The notes below the pieces were generated by a model, which was given only the letters and a program-made list of their open reading frames with translations, did no database searches and was not told the DNA's origin. A stretch of DNA of 64,000 nt, taken from NCBI GenBank assembly GCA_009914755.4, contig CP068257.2, forward strand, positions 2,432,001 through 2,496,000, read 5' to 3'. This document shows, one piece after another, positions 25,129 to 40,267 of this stretch. The translations under genes were made by a program, and so were the position numbers. Each line of letters opens with the position of its first letter. Positions within the stretch are counted from its first letter, which is position 1. This DNA is from the human T2T-CHM13v2.0 reference genome, Homo sapiens.

Positions 25129-28100
25129 ACCAACCAACCAAGCAGAAACATTTCCTTAACCATCTCTGTTCCTTTTTATACCCAACTCTTTCTGTGAATT
25201 ATGTGACCTCAAGGACAAATGACACAAGTGTTTACCGCTCAGTGTCAGTAATCTGTTCTTGGAAATTATAAATTCTGTAGGAAAACAATAGAGTATTTTA
25301 CATATTTAAAAAGGGAAGATTAGACAGTGTCTCACTTCTATTCCAACCAGTATCTTAAAACTTAAGTAAAATACAGTACAATGCTCACTTGTAAGAGATC
25401 CTTTTTTTGCATTTTTTTAAAGTCAACAGACATTTTTATGATGTAAAGAACCTTAAAGCACAGTTTACTAATATGCAAAGAGTTGCTTTTTATGATTCAC
25501 ATGGTATCTTAGCACTAGCAGTCTCACTGATTTCCATCAAGTTGGCATTTATTGTGATTTACAAAACTTCTACATGAGGTTGTGACGTTCTAGTGATTGT
25601 ATTTGACAAGTAACTTCACATTATCTCCTTCACATGATTTTCTTAAAAACATTAAGTTCTGGTGGCTTAGGTGTATCAGTTACTGTTTTCTGTGTAAAGA
25701 ACCAACGAAACTCAATGGCTTAAAAAGAAGTTCTGTTGATTCACATTTTGGTGTGTGTTCACCTGGGCATTTCCTTTGCTAATGTTGTCTGGATCACAAA
25801 TGAGGCTTTGGTCATCTGGTGCCTTCACTCGCATGTCTGGTGGTTCATGCTGACACTTGTTCAAGAAGGCAAGCACCAGTGGGCAAGTACTTTTCCAACC
25901 TACATTTTCATCATATTTTCTATGTCCCATTGGCCAAAGCAAGTCAAATGACAGAGCCCCATTTGTTATCAGAGCACACTCTATGAGGTCTTAGATACAG
26001 GGAGACTTGTCACTAGGAAACATTACTAAAACAGTATATCCCAAGAAATATACAATATGTACATTTTTCCCCCTATATAATTGTAGGCAAAAAATGTTGG
26101 GTTGCAAGATACATCCTTTCAATGATGCTTAGGTATATAAAAGATGCATCCTTTCAATGATGCATAGGTATAAAAGCAAGATGTGTTCTAGTGGAAACAC
26201 CTATATGGAATCATGTAGAATCTCCATATTAGTAGTGAAATAGTTAATGCAGCTGAATTATATTTCTATAATATTAATTTCATTGAAGACTAAATGTATA
26301 TTTCTTTGTTTTAAATTATTACATTGTTTTTTGGATAAATTAATTGTCCCTAAATCAGTAGGTAATACATGCTTTCATTAATCCCAAAATAAATTGTATG
26401 TATCTCTACTAGTTAATATACTTGTGGGTACATCTTCAGTGGGATATTTGTTGTCCCTTATTGAGGCATGAATGACTATTCTGTCACAGGGAGGTTTTTT
26501 TGTTGTTTTAGTCTTTTCCAGCTATTGTGTAGAGCATTTTGGGCAGGAGAATCTAGGACCAAGCCACATCAGTTCTCTCCTTAACCCACTCCATTCGACT
26601 GTTATCACAGCTATGCTTCCAGAGTGCTCTGTGCATTTTCACGATCAGCAAACAATGAATAAATCTCTGGTGAGTCATTTGTTTATATATTCCTCACTTT
26701 GTTTTACATTGTATTTTTTGCCTTTATGGAGTCCATGGATTAAAATGAAAAGATAGAAATAAGTAAAATTCAGGTTAAAGGAAATACACATTAATAAAAT
26801 AATGCTGGCATGTAGACATATGCAGGTTATAAGCTATAGAACTTGAGTACAAATGTGTCTCTGGTCTTTCCGATGCTGCAACAAAGAGGCAGTCACATTT
26901 GTTACGTGATTGGAATGGAACCTGGAAAGAGTGTATGTTCCATTCTCATGGGACAGGAAGACTTGCTGTCACCAAAGTCTGGAACACTGACTGCATTGGT
27001 CACAGAGATGATGTAGTGAAAAGGTTTTTTTACTGCCAACCTGGAAGTAAACACTTTTAGCATTTTGCAGTATAAATAGTCACTTAGTGCTAAAGCATAA
27101 CTCCTGTAATGAGGTTTTTCTGGTTGCTGAAACAGTGTGGTCCCAGACAGCTTTTGGAAGGCCCTACTTGATTCATGGCTAAATCCTAGAACATCTGGAG
27201 GATTGAGTTGACCACAGGTCCTTAACTAACCCCCCATACATTTCTGTCAATTCATCTGTACATGGAGAATTTGTAGCAGATTGTTCACAATTGTATTCTC
27301 TGACAAATATTTCCACTGCTCACTTGCACTTTCATTCAATGTAGTCTTAATTGGTTTATTCTAATGCTACCCATTAACCCAAATTATATGCAACTCCAAT
27401 GGCTATACTCTAGTCTGCCTTACTTGAATCTTGTGCCGTACAGTAATCCCCTTTATCCACAGTTTTGCTTTCTGTTGTTTCAGTTCCCTGTAGTCAACTG
27501 CAGACAGAAAAGACAATAAGATATTTTGAATATCTTGAATATTTTGATATTTTGAATATGTTGAATACAGTAGAATAAGATATTTTGAGACACCACATTC
27601 CTATAACTTTTAGTATAGTATGTTGACCTAATTGTTCCATTTTATTGTCGGTAATATCATACTGTGCCTAATTTATAAATTAAACTGTCAAGGGTGTGTA
27701 TATATAGGAAAAAACATAGTGTATATAGGGTTTGGTACTATACACAGTTTCAGGGACCCACTAGGGGACCTGGAATGTATCCCTCATGGATAAGGGGGGA
27801 TTCCTGCATTTCAAATTATTGTTCATGATCTTCTCCTGGAAATTCTTCTGTGTTAGTTTCTATCATGACCTCACTGATGCTGCTTGTCTTTTTTTCCTGA
27901 ATTCTTCTACTTCTCCTTTACATAGCTTATCCAGTTGTTTCATCCAATTCCCCATCCATCCCAATGTGCAGTTCTTTTTTTGTTGTTGGTTGTTTGTTTA
28001 TTACCAGTTCTGCTGTCTGTGTTGTAGCAGTTGTGTTTCTCTCCAGCTTGGACTTCTCCGGCCTTTAGACCAGGGATCCCCAACCCCCAGGCCATGGACT

Positions 28101-28805
28101 GCTCCAATGTGTGTCCTGTGAGGAACTGCGCTGCACAGCAGGAGATGAGTAGCAGGCAAGCAAGAATTACTGCCTGCACTCTGCCTCCTGTCAGATGAAT
28201 GACAGCATTAAATTCTCACAGGAGCATGAACCCTATTGTGAAATATGCATGTGAGGGATCTAGGTTACCTGCTCCTTATGAGAATCTAATGTCTGATGAA
28301 CAATTTCATCCCAAAACCATCCCCCCTCACACCCTGGTATATGGAAAAATTGTCTTTCACAAAACCTGGTGCCAAAAAGTTTGGGGATCACTGCTCTAGA
28401 CCACAGGTTCAGCTCTCCATTGAATGATTCTTTGTAGCTATCCGAAAGGCACCTCAAGCTTAAATCCAAAATGAAATTATATCCTTCTCTTTTCCTTTAC
28501 ATACAGTATTAGATTAGACAGTAATTAGCTTCTACGTCTCAATAAGAGGAATAGTAAGAATCTTTATCAGTCTTTAATAAACCACAGTTTTCCCTCTGGC
28601 TACAAATTGTTTACATTCCTTCCACATGCGAAATATACTTACCTGTAGAGATAAGTATTCACCCATCGAACTGACACCACAAACAGTGTGATAAACAACC
28701 TTTGCCTCCACAAATTTCTTCCCCCCTCCCTGCCCCTTTTGGGATACAACCATCTGACTTAAGATATATTCTCTGTATAAGTCCATTCTCCCATTGCTAT
28801 AAAAA

Positions 28806-29160
28806 ACTACCTCAGACTGGGTAATTTATAAAGAAAAGAGGTTTAATTTGCTCACAGTTCCACAGACTGTAGAGGAAGCATGGCTGGGGAGGCCTCATGA
28901 AACTTACAATTATGGTGTAAGATGAAGGGGAAGCAGGCACGTCCTATGTGTCTGGAGCAGGAGAAAGTGGGTGGTGAAGAGGGAGGTTCTATACACTTTT
29001 AACAACCAGATCTCGTGAGAATTTACTAACAGGAGAACAGCAAGGGGCAAGTCTGCCCCCTGATCTAGTCACCTCCCACCAGGCCCCTCCTACAGCCAGC
29101 CTTGAGGCTTACAATTTGACATGAGATTTGGGCAAGTAAACAAATCGAAACAATACCATC
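28806..29160 (-). mobile_element. MaLR-type LTR (THE1/MST-like), antisense; second copy of the family seen at 9408-9585
   Basis: CTGGGTAATTTATAAAGAAAAGAGGTTTAATTTGCTCACAGTTCCACAGACTGTAGAGGAAGCATGGCTGGGGAGGCCTCATGAAACTTACAATTATGGTGTAAGATGAAGGGGAAGCAGGCACGTCC...CACCTCCCACCAGGCCCC. Confidence 0.65.
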
Positions 29161-29339
29161 CTCTTAACAAATTTTTAAGTATGCAATTCCGTATTAACTA
29201 CAGGCTTTGATCTGTAGATTCGATATTTAGAACTTACTCATTGCATAACTAAAACTTATACCCTGCGACCAATACCCCCCCAGTTACCCTTCCCCCTCAG
29301 CCCTTGGTAACCACGATTCAGCTCTATGTTTGTGTAAGT

Positions 29340-29700
29340 TTAACTGTTTTACATTTTTATATACTTGGAGTTCCTCAGGCTGTACAGGAAGCATGGCTTC
29401 ATTTGAGCTGGAACAACAGCATCCTTCAGACTTGGTAATTAATAAAGGACAGAAATTTATTCTTAACAGTTCTGGAAGCTGGGAAGTCCAGGATCAAGGC
29501 ACTGTCATCTGGTGCCTGATGAGAGACTTCTTCCTGCATCCTTACATGGTGGAAGACAAAAGAGTGGCAGAGAATGAATATACTCCCAGTCCATTCGAGA
29601 GGGAAGAGCCCTCACCTCATCACTTCCCTGAGGCCTCACCTTCTAATACTATCACCTTGGTGATAAGATTTCAACATAGGAATTAGAGGGGAATACATAC
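29340..29700 (+). mobile_element. Interspersed LTR-like repeat (family not named with confidence)
   Basis: ...TTCTGGAAGCTGGGAAGTCCAGGATCAAGGCACTGTCATCTGGTGCCTGATGAGAGACTTCTTCCTGCATCCTTACATGGTGGAAG...TCACCTTCTAATACTATCACCTTGGTGATAAGATTTCAACATAGGAATTAGAGGGGAATACA is a motif architecture I recognise as a common human repeat. Confidence 0.5.
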
Positions 29701-31350
29701 ATCCAGACTATTGCAGATGGGATTATGTAATACTTTGTTCCTGTTTGGCTTATTTCTTAGCACAATATCTTTCTGGTATGTGCATGTTTCTGCAAATGGC
29801 AAGATTTTCTTCCTTTTTAAGGCTGAGTAATAATTCATTGCATGTATAGACCACATTTTCTTTATGCATTCATTATTAGTGAGAGTTCTTATTACAAATG
29901 GGGAAGTGGTTTTTAATATTGATTTAATTTTTGTTATTAAAAACATTTTTAGATGGTTAGATTCCTTTTTAGAATAAATATACTTCATTAGTTAAGGCAG
30001 TTTTAACTTCACAGCAGAATTAAGAAGTACATAGATTTCCTATATACCCTAATGCACATATATATGTAGCCTTCGCCCTTTTCAACACCTCCCCCAACCA
30101 TGGTAGTACCTTTGTTAAAAAGAGGAACCTACATTGAGACATCATAGTTGTCCAAAGGCCATAGTTTACATTAGGGTTTACTCTTGTGGTTTTACATGCT
30201 ATGGGTTTGAGTAAATGTATAATGACATGTATCCAGCCTTATAGTACCTCACAGAACACTTTGTTCTAAAAGTCATCCCTGCTCTTCCTGTTTATTACAT
30301 ATCATCCCCTTAACCCTGCAAACCATCTCCATCATTTCGCATGTTACATAGTTGCAGTTATATAGTAAGTAGCCTTTTCAGACTGCCTTCTTTTACTTAG
30401 TAATATGCTTTTAAGTTTCCTCATCTTTTGAGGACAAGATAGCCCATTTCTTTTTAGTGCTGAATTATGTTCTATTGTGTGTACCATAGTTTATCCATTC
30501 ACTTACTGAAGGGCATCTTGGTTGCTTCCAAATTTTAGTTATTTTGAATAAAGCTGCTATAAATCCCTGTTCACAGGTTTTTATGATAGCATTTATTTTC
30601 ACTTACTTTGGGTAACTACCAAGGGATGCAGTTGCTGGATCATATGGTGAGAATATGTTTATTTTTCTAAGAACAAATTGTCCTCCAACTGAGTGACTGT
30701 ACCGCTTTGCATTTCCACAGTCTGAATGAGAGTTCCTGTTGCTGCACATTCTCAATATCAGTTGTTGTCAGTGCTCCAGATTTTGGCCATTCTACTAGGT
30801 ATGTAGCAGTATCTCATTGTTTTAATATGTTACCCTAACGTTACACAATATAATGCATTCTTTTATGAGTTTATTTCCTATATGGTTCTCATAATTGGTG
30901 AGGTATCTGTTAAGGTCTTTGGTCTATTTTATTAGGTGGTTTTCTTACTGTACAGTTTTAAGAGTTTTTGGAATGTTTTGCGTAACAGTCTCTTTATCAG
31001 ATGTGAGTTTAGTTTTTGGAATGTTTTGTGAAACAGTCTCTTTATCAGATGTGAGTTTTAACAGTTTTTGGAGTGCTTTGTATAACAGCCACTTTATCAG
31101 ATGCGAGTTTTAAGAGTATTCGGAATCTTTTGCCTAACAGTCTCTTTATCAGATGTGAGTTTTAAGAGTTTTTGGAATGTTTTGCAAAACAGTCTCTTTA
31201 TCGGATGTCAGTTTTAAGGGTTATTGGAGTGTTTTGTGTAAAGTCTCTTTATCAGATGTGAGTTTTAAGAGTTATTGAAGTGTTTTGAGTAACAGTCTCT
31301 TTATCAAATGTGAGTTTTAAGAGTTTCTGGAGTGTTGCATAACAGTCTTT
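29690..31350 (-). mobile_element. Older LINE-1 3' portion (ORF2 C-terminal region), antisense, ending in an expanded L1-derived minisatellite
   Basis: Minus-strand ORF 29683-29988 ...NECIKKMWSIHAMNYYSALKRKKILPFAETCTYQKDIVLRNKP... is homologous to L1 ORF2p C-terminus ...DEWIKKMWYIYTMEYYSAIKKKEI.SFA.TWMELE.IMLSEISQ. 30000-30930 is collinear with the antisense L1 ORF2 3' region (...TTTGGGTAACTACCAAGGGATGCAGTTGCTGGATCATATGGTGAGAATATGTTTATTTTTCTAAGAACA...). Confidence 0.8.
30948..31350. repeat. Minisatellite, ~57-bp unit x7 (CAGTCTCTTTATCAGATGTGAGTTTTAAGAGTTTTTGGAATGTTTTGCGTAA), derived from the L1 ORF2 3' segment
   Basis: Seven consecutive diverged copies. The unit resembles the antisense old-L1 segment ...GAGTTTTAAGAGTTCTTTGTATATTTTGGATAACAGTCCTTTATCAGATATG... 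Confidence 0.85.
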
Positions 31351-32519
31351 CTTTTTTTTTTTTAACACTGATATACATATTTTAATCTCCATCTTAGCCC
31401 AATATCAGTATGTGTCCAAATTGATCATGACTTTACTATATCATGCTTTTTACTGTCTCAGCTTGGCTATCAGTACACTCAGAGTTCTTTTTTTTAATTG
31501 AGGAATATATATTTATTAATTAATTTATTATTATACTTTAAGTTATAGGGTACATGTGAACAATGTGCAGGTTAGTTACATATGTATACATGTGCCATGC
31601 TGGTGTGCTGCACCCATTAACTCGTCATTTAGCATTAGGTATATCTCCTAATGCTATCTCTCCCCTCTCCCTGCACCCCATAACTGTCCCCAGAGTGTGA
31701 TGTTCCTCTTCCTGTGTCCATGTGTAATCATTTTTCAACTCCCAACTATGAGTGAGAACATGCAGTGTTTGGTTTTTTGTCCTTGTGATAGTTTGCTGAG
31801 AATGATGGATTCCAGTTTCATCCATGTCCCTACAAAGGACATGAACTCATCATTTTTCATGGCTGCATAGTATTCCATGGTGTATATGTGCCACATTTGC
31901 TTAATCCAGTCTATCATTGTTGGACATTTGGGTTGGTTCCAAGTCTTTGCTATTATGAATAGAGCCGCAATAAACATACGTGTTCATGTGTCTTTATAGC
32001 AGCATGATTTATAGTCATTTGGGTATATACCCAATAATGGGATGGCTGGGTCAAATGGTAGTTCTAGTTCTAGATCCCTGAGGAATCACCACACTGACTT
32101 CCACAATGGTTGAACTAGTTTACAGTCCCACAAACAGTGTAAAAGTGTTCCTATTTCTCCACATCCTCTCCAACACCTGTTGCCTCCTGACTTTTTAATG
32201 ATCACCATTCTAACTGGTGTGAGATGGTATCTCATTGTGGTTTTGATTTGCATTTCTCTGATGGGCAGTGATGGTGAGAATTTTTTCATGTGTTTTCTGG
32301 CTGTATACATGTCTTCTTTTGAGAAGTGTCTGTTCATGTCCTTCACCCACTTTTTGATGGGATTGTTTGTTTTTTTCTTGTAAATTTGTTTGAGTTCATT
32401 GTAGATTCTGGATATTAGCCCTTTGTCAGATGAGTAGGTTGCAAAACTTTTCTCCCATTCTGTAGGTTGCCTGTTCACTCTGATGGTAGTTTCTTTTCTG
32501 TGCAGAAGCTCTTTAATTA

Positions 32520-34786
<2,267 letters not shown>

Positions 34787-35572
34787 GAGCAGTTTGTTCA
34801 GTTTCCACGAACTTATGCTGTTTTGAGTGAGTTTCTTAATCCTGAGTCCTAATTTGATTGCTCTGTGATCTGAGAGACAGTTTGTTGTGAAATCTGTTCT
34901 TTTACATTTGCTGAGGAGTGCTTACTTCCAATTATGTGATCCATTTTAGAATAAGTGTGATGTGGTACTGAGAAGAATGTTTATTCTGCTGATATGGGGT
35001 GGAGAGTTCTGTAGATTTCTGTTAGGTCTGCTTGGTGCAGAGCTGAGCTGAAGTCCTGGATATCCTTGTTAACCTTCTGTCTTGTTGATTTGTCTAATAT
35101 TGACAGTAGGGTGTTAAAATCTCCCATGATTATTGTGTGGAAGTCTAAGTCTGTTTGTAGGTATCTAAGGACTTAATTTATGAATCCGGGTCCTCCTGTG
35201 TTGGGTGCATATATATTTACAGTAGTTAGCTCTTCTTGCTGAATTAATCCTTTTGCCATTGTATAATGGCCTTCTTAGTGTCCTTTGATCTTTGTTTGTT
35301 TAAAGTCTGTTTTATCAGAGACTAGGATTGCAACCCCTGCTTTAAAAATTTTTTTTTTTTTGCTTTCCATTTGCTTGGTAGATCTTCCTCATCCCTTTAT
35401 TTTGAGCCTATGTGTGTCTCTGCACGTGAGATGTGTCTTCTGAATACAGCACATTGATGGGTCTTGACTCTTTATCCAATTTGCCAGTCTATGTCTTTTA
35501 ATTGGGGCATTTAGTCCATTTACATTTAAGATCAATATTGTTATGTGTGAATTTGATCCTGTCATTATAATG

Positions 35573-36700
35573 TTAGCTTGATCTTTTGCCCATTTTTTGA
35601 TGCAGCTTCTTCATAGTATCAATGTTCTTTACAATTTGACATGTTTTTTGCAGGGGCTTGTACTGGTAGTTCCTTTCCATTATTAGTGCTTCCTTCAGGA
35701 GCTCTTGTAAGGCAGGCCAGGTGGTGACAAAATCTCTCTGCATTTGCTTGTCTGTAAAGGATTTTATTTCTCCTTCACTTATGAAGCTTAGTTTAGCTGG
35801 ATATGAAATTTTGGGCTGAAAATTCTTTTCTTTAAGAATGTTGAATATTGGTCCCCACTTTCTTCTGGCTTGCAGGGTTTCTGCTGACAGAACTGCTGTT
35901 AGTCTGATGGGCTTCCCTTTGTGGATAACCCAACCTTTCTCTCTGGCTGCCCTTAACATTTTTTCTTTCATTTCAACCCTGGTGAATCTGACAATTAGTG
36001 TCTTGGGGTTGCTCTTATCTAGAAGTATCTTTGTGGTATTCTCTGTATTTCCTGAATTTGAATGTTGGCCTGCCTTGCTATGTTGGAAAAGTTCTTCTGA
36101 ATAATAACCTAAGGAGTGTTTTCCAACTTGGTTCCAATCTCTCCATCACATTTAGGTACACCAAGCAAATGTAGATTTGGTCTTTTCACATTGTTCCATT
36201 TTTCGTGGAGGCTTTGTTTGTTTCTTTCCAATCTTTTTACTCTAAACTTACCTTCTCACTGTATTTTATTAATTTGATCTTCAATCACTGATATGCTTTC
36301 TTCCACTGGATTGAATCAGCTTTTGAAGGTTGTGCATGTGCCACAAAGTTCTTGTGCCATATCAGCTCCATAATGTCATTAATGTATTCTCTACACTGTT
36401 TATACTAGTTAGCCATTGTCTGACCATTTTTCATGGTTTTTAGCTTCCTTGCAGTGTGTTCAAACACGCTCTTTTAGCTCAGAGAAGTTTCTTATTAGCA
36501 ACCTTCTGAAGCCTCCTTCTGTCAACAGGTCAAAGTCATTCTCCGTTCAGCTTTGTTCTGTTGCTGGTGAGGAGCTGCAATCCTTTGAAGGAAAAGAAGT
36601 GTTCTGGGTTTTAGGATTTTCATCTTTTCTGCTCTGGATTCTTCCCATCTTTGTGGTTTTCTCTACCTTTGGTCTTTGATGTTGTTAACCTAGAGATGGG
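35573..36700 (-). pseudogene. L1 ORF1 remnant
   Basis: ORF 35573-35971 matches the ORF1p C-terminal half. The upstream N-terminal portion is frameshifted. Confidence 0.85.
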
Positions 36701-38239
36701 GTTTTGGTGTGGATGTCCTTTTTTTTTATGTTGATGCTATTCCTTTCTGTTTGTTAGTTTTCCTACTAACAGTCAGATCCCTCAGCTGCAGGTCTGTTGG
36801 ATTTTGCTGGAGGTCCACTCCAGGCCTTGTTTGCCTGGGTATCACCAGAAGAGGCTGAAGAACAGCAAATATTGCTTCCTGATCCTTCCCTGGAAGCTTC
36901 ATTGAAGAGGGGCTCCCACCTGTATGAGGTGTCTGTTGGCCCTTACTAGGAGTTGTCTCCCAGTTAGGCTACATGGGGTTCAGGGACCCACTTGAGGAGG
37001 CAGTATGTCCATTCTCAGAGCTCAAACACCATGCCGGGAGTACCACGGCTCTCTTCAGAGCTGTCAGATGGGATGTTTAAGTCCGCAGAAGTTTCTGCTA
37101 CCTTTTACTCAGCTATGCCCTGCCCACAGAGTTTGAGTTTATTAAGGCAGTAGGCCTTGCTGAGCTGTGAGTGGCTCTACCCAGTTCAAGCTTCCTGACC
37201 ACTTTATTTACCTACTCAAACCTCAAAAATTGCAGATTCCCCTCCCCCTGCCCAGCTGCTGCCTTGAAGGTTAATCTCAGACTGCTGCCCTAGCAGTGAA
37301 CAAGGCTCTCTGGGTGTGGGATTCAATGAACCCAGCACAGGAGAGAATCTCCTGGTCTGCCAGGTGCTAAGACTGTGGGAAAAGTGCAGCATTTGGGTGA
37401 GAGTGTCCTGTTTTTCCAGGTACAGTCTGTCATGCCTTCCCTCAGCTAGGAAAGGAAAATCCCTCAAACCCTTGCACTTCCTTGATGAGTTGATGCCCTG
37501 TCCTGCTTCGGCTAACCCTCCATGTGATGAACCCACTGTCCAACAAATCCCGATGAGATGAATCAGGTACCTCAGTTGGAAATGCAGAAATCAACCATTT
37601 TCTGCTTGATTACACTGGGAGCAAAATCGAATGCCATTAGGTATGCTTGCAGCAGCCAAAGGAGGGGTTTGAACCTTGCTGCATACTGAATGTTGTGTGT
37701 GTATACCTGACAGTTCTCACAATATTACTTTCCTTGCCCAAGACATGCAAGGACAAGTAAAACAGTTAGAATCTAACTGTCAGGACCCCATCATGAATTG
37801 GCTGTCCAACTGACATTGGCGTTGGCCTTGGTGGGTGTGATTTTATTTAATTGTGCTTTAATTCTCCTCTGCTTACCCTGCTTCTTTAACCTCTACCAAT
37901 GATGTATTCCCCGTATATCTGCAAGGGTATTTTCCTACAATTGAGTATCAAGTGGGACCGAATACAGAGAAAAAGTTAAATAATATATTTCAACTCAATT
38001 GAACATGGACACAATGGTCACCAAGTCCCAGAATAGGTTTTGTGAGCCCCTTGAGGCATTCATCCAGCACTGTTTCAGAGAAATCTCTATTTCAATCTAT
38101 TCCTATACGTTAGTTATTGAAAAACAACAGACAATGGCAAAAACAAATTGACCTTTTTGTGTTCCTTTGTGCATGGACGAATGGCTGACTCTGGAGCCCA
38201 GGCTGTTGCTTCTCGGTCTGGTGATCAATCTTCCATAGT

Positions 38240-38280
38240 CTATCTATATATATATACATATACATATATATACACATTTT
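38240..38280. repeat. TA/CA-rich microsatellite (CTATCTATATATATATACATATACATATATATACACA)
   Basis: Read directly. Confidence 0.85.
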
Positions 38281-38827
38281 TTTCCTTCTCCCCTTTCCCA
38301 TTGTAATTTGCTTGTTGTATCAATTTGCTTATTCTATCATCATTTGCTTATTATATCTGCATTGCCATTTATGTGGGATAGAGTTTGTTGACCTTTAAAG
38401 TTTTGTGTGTGTGTGTTTTCTCCTCCCCTGGAGCATCTCCTGCACATAACACCTCTCTTCCTGTCATAGCCAGAAATTCAGTTTTTAAGTTTTTTTCTGG
38501 GGTCTTCTTGCTCAAGAGGAAGTATGTTCAGTGATACGTGGCTTAGAATTTTATTTTTAGCTTTTATTACATTCTAAACCCCCAGCAGAAAGAAGTCTTA
38601 ACAAACACAGATTTTAATTTATGAACATTCTTCTAATAAGTTTTGTATGGTAGCGGAACAACTAAAAAAACTGTTTTTTGCATTGATGACCTACCTCATT
38701 ACAATTTAACCTCTAAAGGTTGTTTTAGCCAGCTCTACAGGCTGCTATGGTTAAGGTGAATTTACTGCTTCTTCCCACAATAGAGAATGGTATTTTAAAA
38801 TAGCATAACTTCTATGGAATATATTTT

Positions 38828-39038
38828 TAAAGCATGACCACAATTTGAATAATTAGAATATTTAAAAATTCCGAAGATTGTTATACCAACGCTGCACTAA
38901 AATTTATCCTTCCATTGATGACAGGGAATTTTTAATAGTTATTTTTATAATAAATTAAATTTTAATAAAATAACTGACTTTCAAACTTTAGCAAGAGGAC
39001 ACATATTCAGACAGAGATATCAGTTCCCCCTTAGAAAA
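38828..39038 (+). repeat. Left arm of a ~210-bp inverted repeat (partner 39641-39853)
   Basis: TTTGAATAATTAGAATATTTAAAAATTCCGAAGATTGTTATACCAACGCTGCACTAAAATTTATCCTTCCATTGATGACAGGGAATTTTTAATAGTTATTTTTATAATAAATTAAATTTTAATAAAATAACTGACTTTCAAACTTTAGCAAGAGGACACATATTCAGACAGAGATATCAGTTCC is ~85% identical to the reverse complement of 39641-39853. Confidence 0.85.
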
Positions 39039-39640
39039 AAATATTCACTTCTCATTAAAATCTCTCTGTATCTTACTGATTTCAGATAGAAGTTAAATTT
39101 CACCTTAATAACAGAAACAAAAGAACTAGTTAAACTGACAAAAACTAATAAACGTATGCCCAAATTTACTGGCAGAATCATGAGTACACCATATAATAGT
39201 AACATTCTACCAGTTTTAAGTAAAATAAATGAGGAAATAATCTTGACTGTACAACCTACCAGGAGGGGCGTGTCCCTGCTCCCAGATGAGTGGGAACGCT
39301 GCACTCTGGAGTGGTTGCGCCTCAGCTTCTGGCAACTCTTGTTGGCAGCATTGCCATTGCAGGGACAAGGCAGGCATTGGGGGGGCGGGCAGTGGGCCAG
39401 GCCCAGGCACGTCCTTTGCCAGAGACTGGGCAGGTGCGGAGAGGGGCGAAGCAGTGCTGCCCTGGTCGAGGGAGCCTCCCGCTCTGGACGGTTCGCCGCA
39501 CCTGCCCCAGGAGGTTGCTGCAGGAGCTGGGTGGGGAAGGGGAGGGATGAGGGGATGCAGGCCAGATCAGGTGGCCCCTTAGCCCTGGGTGATGCAAGAG
39601 GGGCTGTGGGAGACCAGAGAAGACCCGGAGCAGAAACTGG
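39039..39640. other. GC-rich, CpG-containing ~600-bp core enclosed by the inverted repeat; contains G-runs (GGGGGGGCGGGCAG) and GC-box-like motifs
   Basis: Sharp compositional contrast with the AT-rich arms. ORFs 39020-39712(-) and 39156-39647(+) are low-complexity GC artefacts. Confidence 0.6.
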
Positions 39641-39853
39641 GAACTGATATCTCTGGCTGAATATTTGTCCTCTTGCTGAAGTTTGAAAGTCAGTTATTTC
39701 ATTACAGTTCAATTTTATTACAAAAATAACAACTATTAAAAATTCCCTGTAGTCACTGGAATGATAAATTTTGGTGCAGTTTTAGCATAACAATCTTTGG
39801 AGTTTTTAGATATTCTAATTATTGAAACTGCAGCCATGTTTCAAAATACATGC
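39641..39853 (-). repeat. Right arm of the ~210-bp inverted repeat
   Basis: GGAACTGATATCTCTGGCTGAATATTTGTCCTCTTGCTGAAGTTTGAAAGTCAGTTATTTCATTACAGTTCAATTTTATTACAAAAATAACAACTATTAAAAATTCCCTGTAGTCACTGGAATGATAAATTTTGGTGCAGTTTTAGCATAACAATCTTTGGAGTTTTTAGATATTCTAATTATTGAAA. Confidence 0.85.
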
Positions 39854-40267
39854 CATATATTTTTATGGCATCCACCCCTGGGTCCCTGTGTCCCGCATCC
39901 GCCTCTGTGTACCTGCTGGCTCAGGAAACGAGCTTCTTCCTACTTCCACAGACTCCAATCAGGCTGCCCTTCCTCCTGGTACTTGAGGCACACGTGGGGA
40001 TAGCCTGCCAGTGAATAGCCCGAGAATGCCCGGCCTGTGCCGTGTGCTCAGAGTGGGGTCCTGGCTGGTGCCCCTCAGAGCCCCTCACAAAGCAGGGCTA
40101 GGTGTGGAGGGACCTAGCACCAGGCAGCGGTGAGCGGATGGATGCTCCAGGGATGTGGGGCTGCTGACAGTCAAGAACCCTTTGCCAAATTCAATGGCAT
40201 AATGTAGGATATTTTTTCCCTTATATTTTTGTGTAGGAGTTTTACAACTTTCAGCCTTACATTTGTA

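Noticed and set aside
39020-39712. 230-aa minus-strand ORF and 163-aa plus-strand ORF spanning the GC-rich core of the inverted repeat
   Set aside because: They are low-complexity Pro/Gly/Arg-rich translations of a GC-rich region. They extend into the AT-rich repeat arm without codon-usage consistency and overlap each other on opposite strands.
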